Source: Bacteroidales bacterium
GTDB lineage: Bacteria; Bacteroidota; Bacteroidia; Bacteroidales; WCHB1-69
NCBI GenBank assembly: GCA_024400635.1
Contig: JAKSMI010000007.1
Coordinates: 14,363 to 78,362 of the forward strand
Direction: 5' to 3'
DNA length: 64,000 bases
Part shown: piece after piece, positions 59,947-64,000 of the stretch
Position numbering within the stretch: the stretch's first letter is position 1
How the letters are laid out: each line of letters begins with the position of its first letter
The notes under the pieces: generated by a model
What the model was told of the DNA's origin: nothing
The model's database searches: none
The model's input: only the letters and a program-made list of their open reading frames with translations
Program-made: the position numbers and the translations under genes

Positions 59947-60990
59947 TCAGTAATAGATTTTCTGCCCGATTTGAAGAATGGAAGTCTCCTTGAGGTGGTT
60001 TTTTTTGCAGAGCTTTTCAACAGTGGTGTGGTATTTCCTGGCAACATAACTCAGCGTTTCACCTTTCCGAATGACGTGGTAATGTGAACTATTGGAAGTA
60101 TTGTTGTTTGAAATAGTATTACTCTGATTTACAGTTTTTTGTGTGTTCAATGTGTCAATTGAAGCATTCGTGTTGGCACTCGCGGTCGTCAAAGGGTCGA
60201 TGACAATGAGTTTGCCTGTGCTGAAATTGTCATAGGCGTGCTGCATTGTAGCCGGCGTGATGGGAATGTTGCGGTTAACTTGTCGAACCGAATCGGAGCG
60301 AGAGTGTGAAAAAAGCCATTCGTAGGTTTCCGGCAGGTAGAAAATCTTGGCCAGTTGGCTGTGGTTCTGACCGCTCAGCTTGTCGAAAATCAGCAATGGC
60401 GTGTCACCGCAGGCTTTCATTTGATTGATGACTTTTTGTGATTGGCTGATGCCCACGGCACGGTCGGCGGTACCATGCATGATGCGCAAAGGAATGGTAT
60501 TGAGACCGCAGTAGGATTTTGCATTGCTGCCGCCACACAAGGCCATCGCCGCAGCAATTTTGTCGTAATATACACTCGAAAAGTCAAGAGTGCCATAGCC
60601 TCCCTTGCTCATCCCAATAACGTAAAACCGGTTCGTGTCAACAGGATAACGTTCCTTTGCCCATTCTACCACTTCCCAGATTTTTTCTGGATTCCAAGGC
60701 GGTCCAGGACTTTGTGGAGCCACAATCACAGCATCGATTTTTCGTCCTCTTCTCAATGCATCCAAAGGGCCATATCGACGAACATTCGCCAGATTGGTGC
60801 CACATAAACTCTGTCCGTGCAAAAACAAAATCATCGGTGTCGTTGCTGATACAGAATCGTATGTTTCGGGCACGTAAACCCAGAAATTGTAACTATCCGG
60901 CACCGAGTCCCTGTATGCTATCAGTTTCTGAGAATACACGGAAAACACTGTGATAAAAGTCAATAAAATTGGTAAAACTATCTTTTTCAT
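59947..60990 (-). CDS. Secreted alpha/beta-hydrolase with a C-terminal LysM domain
   Basis: LFLHGQS, GMSKGG nucleophile elbow, HGTAD, HVIRKGETLSYVARKY. Confidence 0.85.
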   Translation of the reverse strand: MKKIVLPILLTFITVFSVYSQKLIAYRDSVPDSYNFWVYVPETYDSVSATTPMILFLHGQSLCGTNLANVRRYGPLDALRRGRKIDAVIVAPQSPGPPWNPEKIWEVVEWAKERYPVDTNRFYVIGMSKGGYGTLDFSSVYYDKIAAAMALCGGSNAKSYCGLNTIPLRIMHGTADRAVGISQSQKVINQMKACGDTPLLIFDKLSGQNHSQLAKIFYLPETYEWLFSHSRSDSVRQVNRNIPITPATMQHAYDNFSTGKLIVIDPLTTASANTNASIDTLNTQKTVNQSNTISNNNTSNSSHYHVIRKGETLSYVARKYHTTVEKLCKKNHLKETSILQIGQKIYY

Positions 60991-60995
60991 ATTTT

Positions 60996-61631
60996 TCACT
61001 TTCTTCCACCCATACTGCAATCACAGTAGGATGTTGTCAAAACATTGGTCCTTGGAAGCAACTTCTCCATTGCATCAATTTCCGATGACCATAGTGGAAT
61101 TTGTCGTAAATCAATGATTTTCAGAGTTTCAGTCATGTTGGCCATGCTTTCAGGAAGAACGTACAGCGGGTTGTCCCATGCATCAATGATTTCCAATTTT
61201 GACATGGTGCCGATGCTTTCAGGAAGTTCGCATATTTTGTTCCGGCTGATGACCAAACCTTTTAATTCTTTTAAGTCAGCAATTTGTCGTGGTAAGCGTA
61301 CCAGTTGGTTGGCGCTGACATTCAGGTAGATTAATTTGCTGAGTTTGCCTATGTTTTGGTTAATAATTTGCAGCTTGCAGTTCTTGATTGTCAATTCGCG
61401 CAGATTGTAGAACTTGAAAACGGCTTCGGGAATTGAATCCATTCGCTTGCCCGTCAATTTCAGCCGATAAACTTTCTCCGGATTTTTCAATGCGTCGTTC
61501 AGCGTCTTGTACACAGTGCCGTCGTCGTCCTGGCTGTAGCCGTAACGGACTTTCTGCGCCAGCACCTCATCAATATTAAAAATAAATAATATCGATAAAA
61601 TACTAATTATTAAATAGTTGCAGAATTTCAT
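60996..61631 (-). CDS. Secreted leucine-rich-repeat protein
   Basis: Repeated LxxLxLxxNxLxxLP units. Confidence 0.85.
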   Translation of the reverse strand: MKFCNYLIISILSILFIFNIDEVLAQKVRYGYSQDDDGTVYKTLNDALKNPEKVYRLKLTGKRMDSIPEAVFKFYNLRELTIKNCKLQIINQNIGKLSKLIYLNVSANQLVRLPRQIADLKELKGLVISRNKICELPESIGTMSKLEIIDAWDNPLYVLPESMANMTETLKIIDLRQIPLWSSEIDAMEKLLPRTNVLTTSYCDCSMGGRK

Positions 61632-61998
61632 CTTTGTCTTTCCTGATTTGATTCAATAATAAGTCGATGCTTTCAAAATTTATTTCCGGACGGATTTTTT
61701 TCAAGATGTTAAACTGAACTTTTTCGTTGTAACAATCTTCATCAAAATCAAAAATATTGATTTCCAATGATTTGTTTTGAAGGCGAAGCGTAGGACGCGT
61801 ACCCACGTAAAGCATTCCTTGATACTTCTTATTGCGGAGGAGTATGGTAACGGCAAATACTCCCGTATCATCAAATTGACATGAATCGTCAAGTTGAATG
61901 TTGATGGTTGGGAAACCGAATTTTCTACCGTTTTTTAATCCGTGAATGACGGTCCCGGTGAGCGTATGTTCAGAAAAACGAAAAGACCTATCGTCCAT
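61603..61998 (-). CDS. Monofunctional riboflavin kinase (RibF C-terminal domain only)
   Basis: G.VIHG..NGRKFGFPTIN, YVGTRPT, EINIFDF, IRPEINF. Confidence 0.85.
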   Translation of the reverse strand: MDDRSFRFSEHTLTGTVIHGLKNGRKFGFPTINIQLDDSCQFDDTGVFAVTILLRNKKYQGMLYVGTRPTLRLQNKSLEINIFDFDEDCYNEKVQFNILKKIRPEINFESIDLLLNQIRKDKDEILQLFNN

Positions 61999-62950
61999 TG
62001 CCCAATCGCTTGGAAATCTGATATTTGTTTCTATCTGAGCTTGACCGGGCAATCATTTCTCCGAGGAAGCCTGCCAAGAAAAGCATCAGACCGAAAACCA
62101 TGCCCAGCAGTGCGATGTAGAACAAGGGCTGTTCTGTGACTTGGCGGAAAACGACGCCATTATGCAAATGGACAAGTTTGGCAATGATGAGCCACAAGGC
62201 TATGATGCCGCCGATGAGGAATGAAATCGTGCCCCATAAACCGAAGAAATGCATTGGCTTTTTACCGAATTTCGAAACAAACGAAATGGTGAGAAGGTCT
62301 AAGAAACCGTTGACAAAACGATCCCAACCGAATTTTGTGACTCCGTATTTGCGTTTTTGATGATGAACAACTTTTTCCCCGATTTTTGAGAAACCAGCCC
62401 ACTTCGCAATGACAGGAATATAGCGGTGCATTTCACCGTAGACTTCAATGGATTTGACAACTTCATTTTTATAGGCTTTTAAGCCGCAATTGAAGTCGTG
62501 CAAGTTGATTCCAGACATGCGTCGTGTGGTCCAATTGAAAAATTTCGAGGGTATGTTTTTAGCGATTTTTGAATCGTATCTTACTTTTTTCCAGCCTGAT
62601 ACAAGATCATAACCTTCTTTGGTAATCATATTGTAAAGATCTGGAATTTCATCCGGACTATCCTGCAAGTCTGCATCCATGGTTATGACGACATCGCCTT
62701 CGCATGCCTCAAAACCCACGTTTAAAGCCGCCGATTTGCCGTAATTTCTTCTAAATTTAATACCTTTTAAAGCAGGATTCTTGGCATTGAGTTCTTCGAT
62801 GATTTTCCACGAATCATCGGTGGAACCATCATCTACCATGATTACTTCGTAAGAAAAACCATTTTCATTCATTACACGCTCAATCCAAGAAGTAAGCTCG
62901 GGTAGCGATTCGGCTTCATTTAACAAAGGAACAATAACAGAAATATTCAT
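61988..62950 (-). CDS. GT2 polyprenol-phosphate glycosyltransferase (ArnC/GtrB-like)
   Basis: VDDGSTD, RRNYGKSAAL, MDADLQD, HDFNCGLKAY, two C-terminal TM segments. Confidence 0.9.
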   Translation of the reverse strand: MNISVIVPLLNEAESLPELTSWIERVMNENGFSYEVIMVDDGSTDDSWKIIEELNAKNPALKGIKFRRNYGKSAALNVGFEACEGDVVITMDADLQDSPDEIPDLYNMITKEGYDLVSGWKKVRYDSKIAKNIPSKFFNWTTRRMSGINLHDFNCGLKAYKNEVVKSIEVYGEMHRYIPVIAKWAGFSKIGEKVVHHQKRKYGVTKFGWDRFVNGFLDLLTISFVSKFGKKPMHFFGLWGTISFLIGGIIALWLIIAKLVHLHNGVVFRQVTEQPLFYIALLGMVFGLMLFLAGFLGEMIARSSSDRNKYQISKRLGNGR

Positions 62951-62969
62951 AGTTAATAGGTTTTGCAAC

Positions 62970-63902
62970 TTAATTTTTATTTTCGATATTTTGTTCACCT
63001 GATTCTTCCGTTTGTGGTGTTTCTTCAGCAGGGTTTGCGGTTTCTTCAGGTCTCTTTTTCATCAGATATAATGAAACAAAAAGATTGAGGAATAGTCCGA
63101 AAAGTAGAACTGAAAATGCACTTGATAATGCAATGGGCACGATGGAAGTATAGGAAGGAATTTTGCTTTTTCGTTCTTCGTAAACTTGATTTAGAATATT
63201 AATATTCAGTATTTTATTATACGAATTATTCATAATTTGCGATAGCAGCAGCCCGCAATCTTGATTTTCACCCTGAGAAAGAAAATTCTGATAGACATCA
63301 AAGAAAGTATGTTGAGCGTGTTCTGGGAATGTCTTGTAGGTGTAATGGTTTGTATCAATGGTGGAACTCAGAAGGAGTCGGTCGCGGTAAGCACGTGTTA
63401 TCAGAGCCAGACTACTGTCGATATAGTCTTCGCAAAAGCCGCTTTCCGACTGAGCCAAAAGTTCATCCTTGGTTTCGCCAACTAACAGAAGAGTGCCGTC
63501 AACATATTGATTTAGAAATGATTGAGAGATAGTGTCTTTCTCTATTTTAGCATAAAATATTTCTTTATTGTTTTGATTGATGCGGTCAAGCCCATCCTTG
63601 TCAATGAATTGATAGTGGACCAACATATAGGCGAAGAAAAGGAAAAATGCGATGCCGATGGTAGCAGCTCCAGCAGCGAAGGCTTTGGGAAAACGAATGA
63701 ATCCTTCTCGCATGTCGTCACGGTATTCCTTGATGGCAGCGAAGATAAAGATGATGAGCACAATCAGCAGTAAAATACTGAAGAATGCGCTGGCTTCGTA
63801 TTCAATTTGACGAGCCACCATTTTGACAACTTCGCAGGCTGCCAAGGTGACGGCCATAAAAACGCCCCATTTTAAAGATATTGTAAAAAGACTTTTCTTC
63901 AT
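62970..63902 (-). CDS. DUF4199-like membrane protein with a large soluble insertion
   Basis: TM helices, AIKEYRD...GFIRFPKAF motif; usual position before the GT2 gene. Confidence 0.65.
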   Translation of the reverse strand: MKKSLFTISLKWGVFMAVTLAACEVVKMVARQIEYEASAFFSILLLIVLIIFIFAAIKEYRDDMREGFIRFPKAFAAGAATIGIAFFLFFAYMLVHYQFIDKDGLDRINQNNKEIFYAKIEKDTISQSFLNQYVDGTLLLVGETKDELLAQSESGFCEDYIDSSLALITRAYRDRLLLSSTIDTNHYTYKTFPEHAQHTFFDVYQNFLSQGENQDCGLLLSQIMNNSYNKILNINILNQVYEERKSKIPSYTSIVPIALSSAFSVLLFGLFLNLFVSLYLMKKRPEETANPAEETPQTEESGEQNIENKN

Positions 63903-64000
63903 TTTATAGAATTAAACTGCAAAGATACAGATTTTTTTTGGGAATCAAGAGTGAAAAGAAATGTCATCAGACAGAAAAAGAAAATGCCCATTTGTCTTTC

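Noticed and set aside
1-64000. CRISPR array, tRNA or rRNA genes
   Set aside because: No regularly spaced 25-45 bp direct repeats or recognisable structural RNA seen by eye; small RNAs cannot be excluded

Overview
Bacteroidales-type chromosome segment, judged from TAnnTTTG promoters, UpxY and rpmG-DUF4295. It has four parts. (1) 1-7.2 kb: an AT-rich leftward defence operon (C-protein-like HTH, 5mC DNA methyltransferase, MORC/GHKL ATPase, Z1-domain helicase-like protein, DUF4420 PD-(D/E)XK nuclease, and an AIPR-like gene cut by the window edge), i.e. a methyltransferase-led Mza-like system. (2) 7.7-11.6 kb: nadE, a BadF-type kinase, tsaE, an alanine dehydrogenase homologue lacking its NAD-binding domain, and a membrane protein. 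(3) ~11.6-50.4 kb: a ~39 kb Wzy-dependent capsule/EPS locus (upxY-wza-wzc-phosphatase...wzx, many GTs, wzy) with an unusually large decoration kit (five ATP-grasp ligases, PP-loop protein, CapA, PLP enzyme, four acyltransferases, pyruvyl transferase, deacetylase). It carries eight G/C homopolymer tracts of 7-14 nt, four of which currently frameshift their genes, suggesting slipped-strand combinatorial phase variation. It also contains an AbiE pair with an amber-interrupted toxin, a duplicated ~100 bp promoter module, heptamer micro-repeats at cassette junctions, duplicated gene-end scars and several internally deleted pseudogenes. (4) 50.5-64 kb: housekeeping genes (mtgA, DUF4295, rpmG, murB, di-haem peroxidase, parC, M20 dipeptidase, TlpA, LysM hydrolase, LRR, riboflavin kinase, GT2, DUF4199). 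All family calls come from reading motifs by eye; no database searches were run.
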